A stretch of 64,000 bases of DNA. Source: Dictyostelium discoideum (Eukaryota). Within the stretch, counting starts at the first letter, position 1; the number at the start of each line of letters is the position of its first letter. The stretch covers positions 3,712,001-3,776,000 of the forward strand of contig CM000150.2 of assembly GCA_000004695.1 (NCBI GenBank). Direction: 5' to 3'. The position numbers were made by a program, and so were the translations under genes. This document shows positions 30,852-45,789 of this stretch, piece after piece. The notes below the pieces were generated by a model, which saw only the letters and a program-made list of their open reading frames with translations, was not told where the DNA came from and made no database searches.

Positions 30852-31170
30852 TTTTTTTTTTCTAAAAATAATTTATTTTTGATGTTGAATTGTGTTTAAA
30901 TGTATTTTTAAAAATAAAAATATAAAAATATAAAAATATAAAAAAAAAAAAAAAAAAAAAAACTAAATTTCAGCAACACGTTTTACGTATTTTTTTTTCG
31001 TTGATCAAATTTTTGTTCGGCATTTCATTTTATAAAAAATCGACCAAAAAAAACCCACTTATTTTTAATTTTTCAGATAACAAATTCAATAAGTCATCAA
31101 AAAAAAAATAAAAAAAATAAAAAAAAAAATAAAAAAAATAAAAATTAAAAAATCTATAACTGGTTGTAAG

Positions 31171-31215
<45 letters not shown>

Positions 31216-31579
31216 GGGCAAGATATTTTCATTTTTTTTAAAATAATTATTAATTATTATTTTTAATATCTTACCCATTTTTTTTTTTTTTTAAATAATA
31301 ATAATTAATTAATTATTTTATTTAATTTTTATTTTTTTATTTTTTTAAATAATAATTCAATTAATCAATTATCCATATCTATTTTTTTTTTTTTTTTAAT
31401 TATTTAGGGATAAAAAATTTTAAATAAACAAAAAAAAAATATAAAAAAAGATATTTTCAGATTGATTAAAAAAAAAAGTTGAAAAAAAAAGTTGAAAAAA
31501 AAAAATGATAAAAAAAAAAAAAAAGTTGAAAAAAAAAAAAAAAAAAAGTTGAAAAAAATTGATTAAAAAAAAAAAAACG

Positions 31580-32917
31580 ATGGAACCAATAATAAATGAA
31601 AAAAAAGAATTAAATTTTTTAGAAAAAGATATTATTGAAGCAGTAAATAAATATCCAACACCATTTCATATTTATAATGGTGATAAAATTAAAGAGAATG
31701 GTGAATTATTAATGAATAGTTTTAAAAAATATTTCCCAAATTATAGAAATTATTTTGCAGTAAAAGCAACACCAAATCCATCAATTTTAAAACTATTAAA
31801 AGAAATTGGTATGGGTGTTGATTGTTCTTCATTAGCTGAATTAATATTATCTGAAAAAGGTAAATAATAAATAATAATAATAATTAATTTAAAAAATAAA
31901 AATTTTATTAATTATTTTATTTTATTTTTAGTTGGATTTAAAAATGAAGAAATTATGTTTACATCAAATAATACAAAATCAGAAGAATATAAAAAAGCAT
32001 ATGAATTAGGATCAATTATAAATTTAGATGATTATACACAAATTGAATATCTTTATGAAAGTTTAGGAGGAGTAATGCCAGAATTGATTAGTTTTAGATA
32101 TAATCCTGGACCATTAAAAAAAGGTAATGATATTATTGGTAATCCAAAGGATGCAAAATTTGGATTAACAAGTGATGATTTAGAGAAAGCCTATAATAAA
32201 GCCAAAGAATTGGGTGTTAAAAGATTTGGACTTCATTGTATGGTAGCATCAAATGAATTGGATTTAGATTATTTTGAAGAGACTGCACGTTTATTATTTT
32301 CAACCATTTCAAAACTAACAAAATCATGTGGAATTACATTTGAAATGGTTAATTTAGGTGGTGGTATTGGTATACCCTATCGTCCTAATCAAATTGCAGT
32401 TGATTATTTAAAATTAACTGAAAAAATTTCAAATGCCTATAAGGAATTAATTGTAGAGGAAGAAGGATTACCAAAATTAAATGTTGTAACTGAATGTGGT
32501 AGAGTTATAACTGGACCCTATGGTGTATTGGTTACAAAAGCAATTCATTCAAAATCAACCTATAAAGAATACATTGGTGTTGATGCATGTATGGTTAATT
32601 TAATGCGTCCTGGTATGTATGGTGCTTATCATCATATCACAGTTTTAAATCCAACTGATCCAAATTCAACTGAAACCTATGATGTTGTTGGTTCACTTTG
32701 TGAAAATAATGATAAATTTTGTATCGATCGTTCATTACCAAAAATTCATCGTGGAGATACTTTAGTAATTCATGATACTGGTGCTCATGGTCATAGTATG
32801 GGTTTCAATTATAATGGTAAATTAAGATCTGCTGAATATCTCTTATTAAATAATTCAATTAATTGTATTCGTAGAGCTGAAACTTTTGATGATTTATTTT
32901 CAACTTTAAATTTTTAA
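31580..32917 (+). CDS. Diaminopimelate decarboxylase-like PLP-dependent enzyme (LysA type; Orn/DAP/Arg decarboxylase family 2), about 421 aa
   Basis: Exons 31580..31859 (donor GTAAAT, phase 1) and 31932..32917. The PLP-lysine motif is YFAVKATPNPSIL. Other LysA-like segments include NLGGGIGIPY, ECGRVITGPYGVLVTKA, VDACMVNLMRPGMYGAYHHITVL (compare E. coli LysA VDAGFNDLMRPAMYGSYHHISAL), GSLCENND and GDTLVIHDTGAHGHSMGFNYN. Confidence 0.85.
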
Positions 32918-33024
32918 TTAAAAAAAAAATAAAAAAAATAAAAAAATTAAATAATAATTAAAAAATAAAAAGTAATATTACAAATAAAAAAAAAAAACAA
33001 ATATAATTTATTTATTTTTCAACA

Positions 33025-33162
33025 TTAAAATTTTAATATTGAAAATGATTTAAAATTATTTAAATTATTATTACTATTTAAATTAAATTGTCTTTCTCCA
33101 AATGTTAAAGAAATTAATGGTAAATATGGATGAAATGATGTTGAATTTATACAAATATTATT

Positions 33163-33193
<31 letters not shown>

Positions 33194-34749
33194 TTATTAT
33201 CATTTAATTGAATATTTTCATCATTAATTAAATTTAAAGATTGGTTTAAAGATTGATTATAAATTAAATTACCATTATTAAATAAATCATATATTAATAA
33301 TTGGCCATTTTGAGTACCAGTTGATAAATATCTTGAAGAGAATGGATCAATATCAAATTGAATTCTTTGATGACTTGATAATGGTCTATATAATTGATAT
33401 ACTTGTTGTGCAACAGTATTTCTAATATCCCATCCAATTATATAATTTGATTTTCTAAATGATGCAAATAAATAATTTGAATCTTTTGGTGAAAACATAA
33501 TTTGTGTAATTCCCATTTTATAATTAATATTCATTTCACCATCATCACCAATTTGCTGTTGTTGTTGTTGTTGAGAATTTAAATTAATTGGGTCAGGTAA
33601 AATATCAACTAATTCATCCATTCTTTCATCAAATAAACCAATATTACCATTATATGTTGATGCTGCAAAAAATCCACTTGTTGATTGTTTATCAAATGAA
33701 ATACAACTAATTATACCTGATAAATTTAAATTTTCATCACTAAAATCCCCTTTAATTCTCTTTTTATTTTTATTTTTATTTTTCTTAAATCTTGTTTTAA
33801 TTTCACTATAATTATCACCTGGTCTATCAATATCAAAAATTTTTATTGAATTTTTAAATCCACTATAAATTCTAAAATAAATAAATAAATTAATAAATAA
33901 ATAAATAAAGAAATTAATAAATAAATAAATAAATAAATACTTTGTCCCATTTGAATTAAATTGAATTGAATAAGCAGATTCTAAATCATCAACATCTTTA
34001 TAAGGTTTATATGTACATCTTTTATTACCATTGAAAGCATCCCATAATGTAATTGGATATTCTTTTGATGAAGTTAAAAAACAACATGTTGTTGGATTAT
34101 TTGAATTCATAAATGGGTACCAACAATAATCATAAATACTTTCAAATTCTTTAATTTCAATAACTGCTTTTTCAACATTTAAAATTTCATTATTATTATT
34201 ATTATTATAATTATTACTACTATAAATTTTTAATTAATATATTTATATATTTTTTAATTGAAAAATAATAAATCATTTTACTTACATTTCAAACAATCTT
34301 ATAAATTTATCTTCAGAACAAGATAATAAACAAGTACCATCAGGAGACCATTTTGAACCTTTATAAAATTTTTCAAGTGAACAATTTGATTGATTTTCAT
34401 TTGAAGTTATTATTGGTCCATTACAATATTCTTTTAATGAATTTTCATTATTAAAATCAATAAATGATTCAAGTAAAATTTGTTTTTTTCTTTTTTCTTC
34501 ATCAATTGTATTTAAATTTTCTTTTTGTTGTTCTTGTTGTTGTTCTTCTTCAGTAATTATTGATTGTTGTTCTTGTTGAATTAAATCATTACTATTTTCA
34601 TTAATACCTAATTTTCTTTTTAATAATAATTTTTTTAATTTTAATTGTTCATCTTCATTATTGTGTTGTTCAATTAATTGTTTATCATTATCTAATAATG
34701 TTTCATTAATAATTGGTATTATTATATTTTGATTATTATTTTCATTAAT

Positions 34750-34808
<59 letters not shown>

Positions 34809-34842
34809 CAATATTGTTAACGATATTATTTATCTCATTCAT
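33025..34842 (-). CDS. WD40-repeat protein homologous to WRAP53/TCAB1 (telomerase Cajal-body protein 1), about 560 aa
   Basis: Three exons on the minus strand: 34842..34286 (donor GTAAGT, phase 2), 34219..33941 (donor GTATTT) and 33871..33025; total 1683 nt. The peptides FYKGSKWSPDGTCLLSCSEDKFIRLFE, YDYCWYPFMNSNNPTTCCFLTSSKEYPITLWDAFNGNKRCTYKPY, NGTKIYSGFKNSIKIFDIDRPGD, GIISCISF and HPYLPLISLTFGERQF match signature blocks of WRAP53 ([65 protein letters not shown]). Poly-N and poly-Q inserts are present. The long poly-K/poly-F ORF upstream of 34842 is untranslated-region artefact. Confidence 0.75.
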
Positions 34843-35050
34843 TAATATAATTAAATTATTTTTAATAATAAACACACAATTAAAAAAAAAAAAAAAAAAA
34901 AATATGTTATTTTTAGATTTGGATCGAGTTGGTTCTAATAAAATTTTGCCAAAAAAAAAAATTAAAAAATTAAAAAATAAAAAAAAAAAAAAATTAAAAA
35001 ATAAAAAAAAAAAAAAAAAAAAAATAATTTCGTTCGTTAACGAAAGCTTC

Positions 35051-35082
<32 letters not shown>

Positions 35083-35131
35083 CAATAATAATAGCTGAAG
35101 CAATAGTATCTCATTTAAGTAATAAAAAAAA

Positions 35132-38705
<3,574 letters not shown>

Positions 38706-39414
38706 ATTAAAAAAAAAAAAAGATAATAAAAAATAAATTTCTAAAAATAAATTTCAAAAAAAAAAAAAAAAAATAATAAAAAATAAAAATAATAAAAATA
38801 AAAGATATTATAAATGTTTAAAATTTTTTTTTTTTTTATTTTTTTAATTTTTTTATTTTTTTTTTTTTTATTAATAAACAATTATTAATAATTTCCAAAT
38901 CAATTTTATTTTTTTGAAATTTTATTTGATTTCCAAATTATTAAAATCAATTATTATAATAAGAAAATTAAAATTGTTAAAAAAAAAAAAAACCCTATTA
39001 TTTTTTTTATTTTTCTTATTTTAATTTTTTTTTAAACAATTTTAATTATAATAAAAAAAAAAAAAATTAAAAAAATAATTAAATTGCACAAGGGGTAGAA
39101 TCTGAAAAAAATTAAAAATAAAAAAAAAATAAAATTAAAAATAAAAAAAATGATATTATCACTTCAATGAAAATAAGAGTAAACTAATTGTCACTAATCT
39201 CATTGTGAATTTATGGAAATAAAAAACAATATTATTTTTTATTTAATTTTTTATTTATTTTTTTATTTATTTTAATTTTTTTTTTTTTTTTTTTAATTTT
39301 TTATTTTATTTTTTTTACCATATTAATTCATTTCCTGTTTTAGTGTTTCCAATTTTTCACAAAAAAAAAAAAAAAAAAAAAAAAAAAATTAAAAATAAAT
39401 AAAATTAAAATAAA

Positions 39415-39452
<38 letters not shown>

Positions 39453-39651
39453 TAAATTAAAAATAAATAATTTTAATTTAATTTAATTATTTATTTCCTA
39501 TCAAAAAAAAAAGAAGTAATAGTGTATGTATAATTTGATTATTATAATAAAAAACTAATATATATAAATAGAAAAATTATTAATTAAAATTTTTCTTTTT
39601 TTTTTTTTTTTTTAAAAGTTCATAAATAAAAAAAAAAAATAAAAAAAAAAA

Positions 39652-40725
39652 ATGGGAAGAGTAGAAGATCAAATTAAAGATAATTATAATTCACTTTCAC
39701 ATGAAGGTGAAAGATTAAATAGAGAGGCAAAGATTGAATCTGAAAAATTAAAAAATAATGCTAAATTGGATGCAAAAGATATGAAAAAAGATATTGATGA
39801 ATCTGTTCATTCATCATGGGAAACTGTTAAAGAAGGTGCCAAAACCGTTCAAGATTACATTAGTAGTGGTATTGAAAGTGTAAAACATACAATTACAACT
39901 GAACCAGCCCAAAAAGATATGGAAAACTTAAAACATAATGTTAACCATAATTTAGAGGAAGCAGAGAAAGAAGGTTCATCCGTTTTAAATAACATTTCCA
40001 ATTTCTTTAAAGGTTCAGCAGAAGAAGCCAAATCTGAAGCTGAACGTATTGGTTATGAAGCTTACAAGGATGGTGACCAATTTGTTGGTGATGTACATAA
40101 AAACTTTAAAAGAACTGCCAATGAAACCCAAAAGGATGCCAATAGACTCACCTCTGATGTTAAGAATGAATCAAATAAAATCTATAAAGATATTAAGGAT
40201 GAATCAAATAAACTCTACAATGATGTCAAGGGTGAATCAAGTAAAATCTATAATGGTGCTAAAAAAGAAGGTTCCAAATTGGCTACCGATCTCAAGAAGG
40301 ATACTCAATACGTTGCAGATGAAACCAAAAAGATGGCAGCTGATCTCAAGAATAAAGCCGCTGATACCTATCAAGACCTTTCTCATGATGCCTCAAAGAA
40401 AGCCACTCAACTCAAAAAGAAAGCTAGTGAAACCCTTGATGAATCTGCCGATGCTATTGAACATCAATTCGATATAATGAAGAAAGATTTCAGACATCTC
40501 AATCAACGTAATGGTATGATTTGGGGAAGTATTGGTTTAATTGGTGGTGCAACTGCAACATCTTACCTTTTCCCATCTGCATCTCCAATGGCTAAATTCA
40601 CTTTTATTGCTGGTCTTGCAAGTTTAGGTGGTTACTATGGTCTCCATCAACCACACAATAAGATTGTTGATAATGCTTTCCACAAAGCAAACAATAAAAA
40701 GGAAGAATTAAAAAAGAAAATATAA
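39652..40725 (+). CDS. LEA-like or apolipoprotein-like amphipathic-repeat protein with a C-terminal hydrophobic hairpin (357 aa)
   Basis: A single ORF. It has degenerate 11-mer K/D/E/A/T-rich repeats (KNESNKIYKDIKDESNKLYNDVKGESSKIYNGAKKEGSKLATDLKKDTQYVADETKKMAADLKNKAADTYQDL...). The C-terminal GMIWGSIGLIGGATATSYLFPSASPMAKFTFIAGLASLGGYYGL is a Gly/Ala-rich hydrophobic segment of about 45 aa, typical of monotopic lipid-droplet or membrane hairpins. Confidence 0.55.
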   Translation: MGRVEDQIKDNYNSLSHEGERLNREAKIESEKLKNNAKLDAKDMKKDIDESVHSSWETVKEGAKTVQDYISSGIESVKHTITTEPAQKDMENLKHNVNHNLEEAEKEGSSVLNNISNFFKGSAEEAKSEAERIGYEAYKDGDQFVGDVHKNFKRTANETQKDANRLTSDVKNESNKIYKDIKDESNKLYNDVKGESSKIYNGAKKEGSKLATDLKKDTQYVADETKKMAADLKNKAADTYQDLSHDASKKATQLKKKASETLDESADAIEHQFDIMKKDFRHLNQRNGMIWGSIGLIGGATATSYLFPSASPMAKFTFIAGLASLGGYYGLHQPHNKIVDNAFHKANNKKEELKKKI

Positions 40726-41285
40726 AAAAAATTTCTAATTAAAAAAAAAAAAAACAAAAAAAAAACAATATATTCAACATATTGTAAAAAAAAAAAAAAA
40801 AAAAAATATATAAATAAAATTAATAATCAAATTCTAAAAATATATTTTTTTATATTTTTTTATATCTTTTTTTTTTAAAAAAAATAAAATATTATAATAT
40901 CACTATTAAAATGTATATTCAATTTATTCAACCAAACTATTATACTGTTATTTTTTTATTTTTTTCCAAACACAATAATATTCAATAAGAAATTTTTTTA
41001 AAACTTTTTTTTATCTTTTGAAAATCATGTTAAAGGAACGAATTTTTAATGTTTATGAAAATAATATTTTCAGATGCAAGGAATCCATAAAAATCATATT
41101 TAGTTTCAAATATATTTAACAATTTCTTAGAGATATTTGTCCCATACCAAAATTACCATATTAATTTTAACCTACAAAGAGTTGTATGCATGCTGAAATC
41201 AATATGTTAAAAAATTAGCCACTTGAATTAATATGGCTGCCATTGAATTAATAAATACATAAATAAACTAATTAATAATAAATAA

Positions 41286-41357
<72 letters not shown>

Positions 41358-41900
41358 AAATAAAAAATTAAAAAATTAAAAAATTAAATTAGTAAAAATC
41401 AAACCATTTTTAATTTTATTTTTTTATTTATAATTTATTAATAAAAATAATTCATTTCATTTTTTGAACAATCGTCTAAGCTAAAAAACGTAAACCAAAA
41501 CGAACTTCCTTCAATTTTTTTTTATTTTTATTTTTTTTTTTTTTCCAAAGTAAAATTTTTTACTTTTTTTAATTATAATATTATTATAAAGATTTTTCAA
41601 ATATAATATATTATTATAAATTTTAAAACTTCAAAAAAATAAAAATAAAAAAGATTTTTTTTTTTTTTTTTAAAATAATTTAATATTGTATTTAATTTTT
41701 TTTATTTATTTTTTTATTTTTACAATCATTAGAGAACTATAAAAAAAATTAAAAAAAAATAAACATATACCAAAAAACTTTTTTTTTTTAATTTTTTTTT
41801 CCTTTTTTTGTTGACAGAAATACGTATATTTTTTTTTTAATTTAAATATTTTTATATTTTCCACTATATACACATGTTTAAATTTAATTTTTTTTTTTTC

Positions 41901-41939
<39 letters not shown>

Positions 41940-42165
41940 CTATTAACAAAATAATTTTTTTTCATCAAACAATTAATGATATTAGTAGAAAATTAATATC
42001 TATCTTTTTTTAATTTATTTATTTTTATTTATTTATTTATTTTTTATCTTTATAACTAATTTCAATAATAATAAATTTATTTAAATTTTTAATATTTTTA
42101 ATTATTCAATACACTTTTTTTAAATTTTTAATAATTTTAAATTTTTAATATTTTTATTAATATCG

Positions 42166-42480
42166 ATTACATTGTAGTTGGTGGCGTCCATGCTGAGTAT
42201 GCAATAAGGGTAATGCTTTCAATTCTTGGCATTGAATTTGATGAAATTAAGAACAAACATCAAATGAAAATAATTAGAACCAAATTTCAAAAAATAATGG
42301 TTCAATTAAAATAATTATTTTTTATTTTACCAATCATCCCTCAGACACACACAGGGATCCAATAGTTGATATTATTAAATTTAGATTATTGATAGAATAC
42401 TTTAATAATAATTATAATAATAATAATGATAATAATATAATAGAATTTGATCATTCACTAATGAAACATTACTTTGGAGA
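42166..42480 (+). pseudogene. Fragment (copy 1) of a dispersed degenerate paralogue family (VVGG-HAEYAIRV ... FYF-HPSD...DPIVDIIKF-LLVEY...)
   Basis: About 90% identical to 50082-50400. It starts abruptly at gattacattgtagttggtggcgtccatgc and ends ...NNIIEFDHSLMKHYFGEA*. Relative to copy 2 it has a frameshift at caaaaaataatgg. Confidence 0.6.
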
Positions 42481-42834
42481 AGCTTAATGTCATTGGAATG
42501 ATATTTATATCACAGCATAAAAAAAAAAAAAAAATAATAAAAAATAAAAAAAATTAAATAAAATAAAAAAAAAATATAATTTTAAAATCTCTAACCTTTA
42601 CTCTTTACTTTGGGTTTTCAAAAAAATGTATATGGGTGTGAAGTTCGAATAGTTTTAATTCTTTATTTAATCAATATCTTAAATTAATTTAAGGTACATA
42701 ATTAAAATAAATTTAATAAATAATAAATAATTATTTAACTTTAATTATTTTTTTTATTTACTACTATTTTTTATTTTAATTTTATTATTATTATTCTTTT
42801 TATTTGATCGAGTCCGATGATTCAATTAATTATC

Positions 42835-43273
42835 TTGATTCTTCACATGTTAATCCTTTTGTTAGACTAAGATCATATACATTTGAGAAATTGCCATTTA
42901 AATAAACTTGACCACCAGTTACTATAAATTTAAAGTTTTACAATATATACCAATTGCAATATCATTACAAATACAATTACCAACGTGATCATTACATTTA
43001 TCAAATGGTGAATATTCGACTGAACAAGGAGCTCTATAATAAAATTCAATATATTAATGTTGCACCATTTCCATCTTATAATTTAATTTGTTGATTACCT
43101 TAACCTGCACCTATTGTACATATGATTTGTGGTTTATTACTTGAGTGACAATCAGTGGTGGTGATGTTATAATGTCTTGTGATTTTAATATTATAAATAT
43201 TTGAAAAATCACAAGACATTATAACATCACCACCACTGATTGTTGGTATTGATACTGATGATATTTGCATTTA
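42835..43273 (-). CDS. Candidate small Cys-rich protein gene (about 113 aa, three putative exons) that contains a 90-bp perfect palindrome in its first exon
   Basis: The minus strand reads ATG(43273) MQISSSVSIPTISGGDVIMSCDFSNIYNIKITRHYNITTTDCHSSNKPQIICTIGA, then a weak GTTAAG donor, then APCSVEYSPFDKCNDHVGNCICNDIAIG, a GTATAT donor, then VTGGQVYLNGNFSNVYDLSLTKGLTCEESR*. It has ten or more Cys and ordinary amino-acid composition, unlike the surrounding DNA. No signal peptide was found, and the splice sites are weak. Confidence 0.3.
43151..43240. repeat. A 90-bp perfect palindrome: 36-nt arms around an 18-nt spacer that is itself palindromic
   Basis: atcagtggtggtgatgttataatgtcttgtgatttt / aatattataaatatttga / aaaatcacaagacattataacatcaccaccactgat. 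The arms are exact reverse complements. Confidence 0.9.
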
Positions 43274-43289
43274 ATTGTTGATGTTGTTA

Positions 43290-43830
43290 TGTTGATGTGT
43301 ATAATAATGTTGTTAATGTTGTTGATGTATATTTATTTTATTTGGTGAGGTTGTAGTATGTTGATGTTGTTGGCGTTGTTGATGTTGTTGATGTTGTTGA
43401 TGTTGTTGATGTTGTTGATTTTGTTGATGTTGTTGATGTTGTTGGTGTTGTGGATTTTGTTGATTTTGTTGATGTTGTTGATTTTGTTGATGTTGTTGGT
43501 GTTGTTGATGTTGTTGATGTAATATATATATTGGTTATTATTTTATTTTATTTTATTTTATTGTTGTTGATGTTGTTGATGTTGTATATATATATTGGTT
43601 ATTATTTTATTTTATTTTATTTTATTTTATTTTATTTTATTTTATTTTATTTTATTTTATTTTATTTTATTTTATTTTATTTTGGTGTTGTTGATGTTGA
43701 TGTTGTTGATGTTGTATATATATATATATTGGTTATTATTTTATTTTATTTTATATTATTTTATTTTATTTTATTTTATTTTATTTTATTTTATTTTATT
43801 TTATTTTATTATATATATTACTATTATTTT
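43290..43830. repeat. Minisatellite blocks: (GTTGAT/GTTGTT)n alternating with (TTTTA)n arrays
   Basis: Read directly in the sequence. The ORFs 43450..43836 and 43595..43849 on the track are artefacts of these repeats. Confidence 0.85.
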
Positions 43831-44454
43831 ATTTAATTTTTTTATTTAATTTACATTTTGTACTATATAAAATGAGTTGACATAATATTCTAAAAGAGAA
43901 TACTAATTTTGTAAAAATTTATTTATATTAATTATTGAATATCCTATTATTTATTTATATTATATTTATTATTACTATGAAGAATTGAGTAACTAATTTT
44001 GGAAGAACCTCTTGGTCATTTATCCTCACCCTCGTTATTAATAATTTTTTTTTTTATAATTTTTTTTTTTATTATTTTCTTTTTTTTTTTTTTTTTGTAA
44101 TTGACCAATTTCCGAACCCATATTGAAATAAAATATAATCAAAAAAATAAAAAAATAAAAAAAATGTGCAAAGTGATTTATTATTTTAATTTAAAAAATA
44201 AAATAAAATAAAATAAAAATAATTAAACAAAAAATAAAAATGAATAATAAAAAATATTACATACATTCTGGTTTTTATTTTTTTGCAAAGTCGCAAACAA
44301 TATTTATATTTTCTTACCAAAAGTTAAAATAAATAAATTTATTAAACTAAGATTAAATATTCTTTATTTTTTAAATACATTAAAAAAAAATAAAAAAATT
44401 GTAATGTTTTTATAGTTTTTTTTATTAATGTTTTTTTTTTATTTTTATTTTTTA

Positions 44455-44870
44455 AACAAAACTTGTTAAGCCCATACAGTCCTTTTTTATTTTAAAAAAC
44501 AATTTGAAGTGAATGTGATAAAATTTTTTTTTTAAAAAAAAAACAAAACTTGAGATCAGCTTGTACAGTCTGTTTTAATAAAAAAACCTTGAGATGGCCC
44601 ATTTAAAAAAAAAAAAAAAAAAACTTAAAGGCCAGCCCTTGTAGTCCATTTTTTTTTTAAAAAAAAAAATACCTTGTATTAGCCCGGTTGGCACGAATAG
44701 ACCGTTCAGCCCATGTAGTCCTTTTTTTTTAAAAAAAAAATACCTTGTATTAGCCCGGTTGGTACTAATAGACCGTTAAGCCCATGTAGTCCATTTTTTT
44801 TTTAAAAAAATACAAATGCCTTGTATTAGCCTGGTTGGCACGAATAGACCCTTTAAAGGGATCATGGCTT
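44455..44870 (+). repeat. Array of about seven short GC-rich units (30-52 nt) each preceded by an A-run and followed by a T-run. Candidate array of RNA polymerase III-type small-RNA or SINE-like units
   Basis: The units are aaaacttgttaagcccatacagtccTTTTTT; aaaacttgagatcagcttgtacagtctgTTTT; aaccttgagatggcccaTTT; aacttaaaggccagcccttgtagtccaTTTTTTTTT; then three longer near-identical copies, A(10)taccttgtattagcccggttggcacgaatagaccgttcagcccatgtagtccT(9-10). They share a cttg...agccca/ttgtagtcc core and have a box-A-like segment, tagcccggttgg. They do not fold as a tRNA cloverleaf. Confidence 0.5.
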
Positions 44871-45066
44871 ATTATTGTAATAATGAAGATGATTGTAATG
44901 ATAATGATGTTGGATAAATCTACAATAAATTTTTTTTATTATTTTAGACATTAAATAATTAAACCATCTTTTTAATTTTTATTATTTATTTTAATTATTT
45001 ATTTATTTTTTACTATTACTATTTTTATAACGATTGGAGAGAACTAAAACAAAAAAAAAAAAAACA

Positions 45067-45101
<35 letters not shown>

Positions 45102-45697
45102 TATTAGATATACTATAGTATATTCTTCATTGACCATATCTGTTTATAGTAGAAATTGAAATGTTGTGGATTTCGAAGTTCATCATTAGTCTAGAGATCT
45201 AATGTGGTGAATTTGGATGTTCAACACCGCTCCAGAGAAATTAAATATACATTAAATAAATAAAATTAAATCAATTATAAAACAAATTGTATTATTTAAG
45301 TCCTTCTAGAGTACCACTCCTGTTACATTTTATAAATAATAAACTTATGAAATTCTTGTTTAATTCTTGAATTATTTTATAGATGTATTAAATTAAAATT
45401 ATAAAAAAAAAAAGTTAATGAAATTTCCAGCTTTTTCCACTTTTTGCATTTTTTTATTTTTTTATTTTTACTCCAAAAAATCAAATAACCCCCAAATATT
45501 AATTGGTTGAATAATTTTTTATATGTTTACAATTTTATGTTTTATTTATTTATAATCAAGTTTTATATCTTTATGGTTCTTTTTTTATCTATTACTAAAC
45601 CTGAAATATCCACCATTATCCCTTTACCTTCAATTTTTATTGGGTTTATTACACACTTAAGAAAGAATAACATAAATTCCCTGTTAAATATATTTAT

Positions 45698-45728
<31 letters not shown>

Positions 45729-45768
45729 GAACAAATAATTAGAGAGAGAGAGAGAAAGAGAGAATAAG
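45698..45768. repeat. Compound microsatellite, (AAGT)7 followed by (AG)n
   Basis: Read directly in the sequence. Confidence 0.9.
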
Positions 45769-45789
45769 AATACTTACATGTACTATGCC

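Noticed and set aside
34814-35103. The long poly-Lys and poly-Phe ORFs upstream of the WRAP53 start (the 5' part of 34282..35103, and 34814..35098)
   Set aside because: Homopolymer A/T tracts in a 5' untranslated or promoter region. The first credible start codon is 34842.
43450-43849. The ORFs 43450..43836 and 43595..43849
   Set aside because: Translations of the GTTGAT/GTTGTT and TTTTA minisatellites.
44669-44860. Reading the 52-nt GC-rich units as tRNA genes or pseudogenes
   Set aside because: There is a box-A-like TAGCCCGGTTGG segment, but the units are about 20 nt too short. They have no acceptor-stem complementarity and no anticodon-stem or T-arm cloverleaf. They are retained only as candidate Pol III or SINE-like units.
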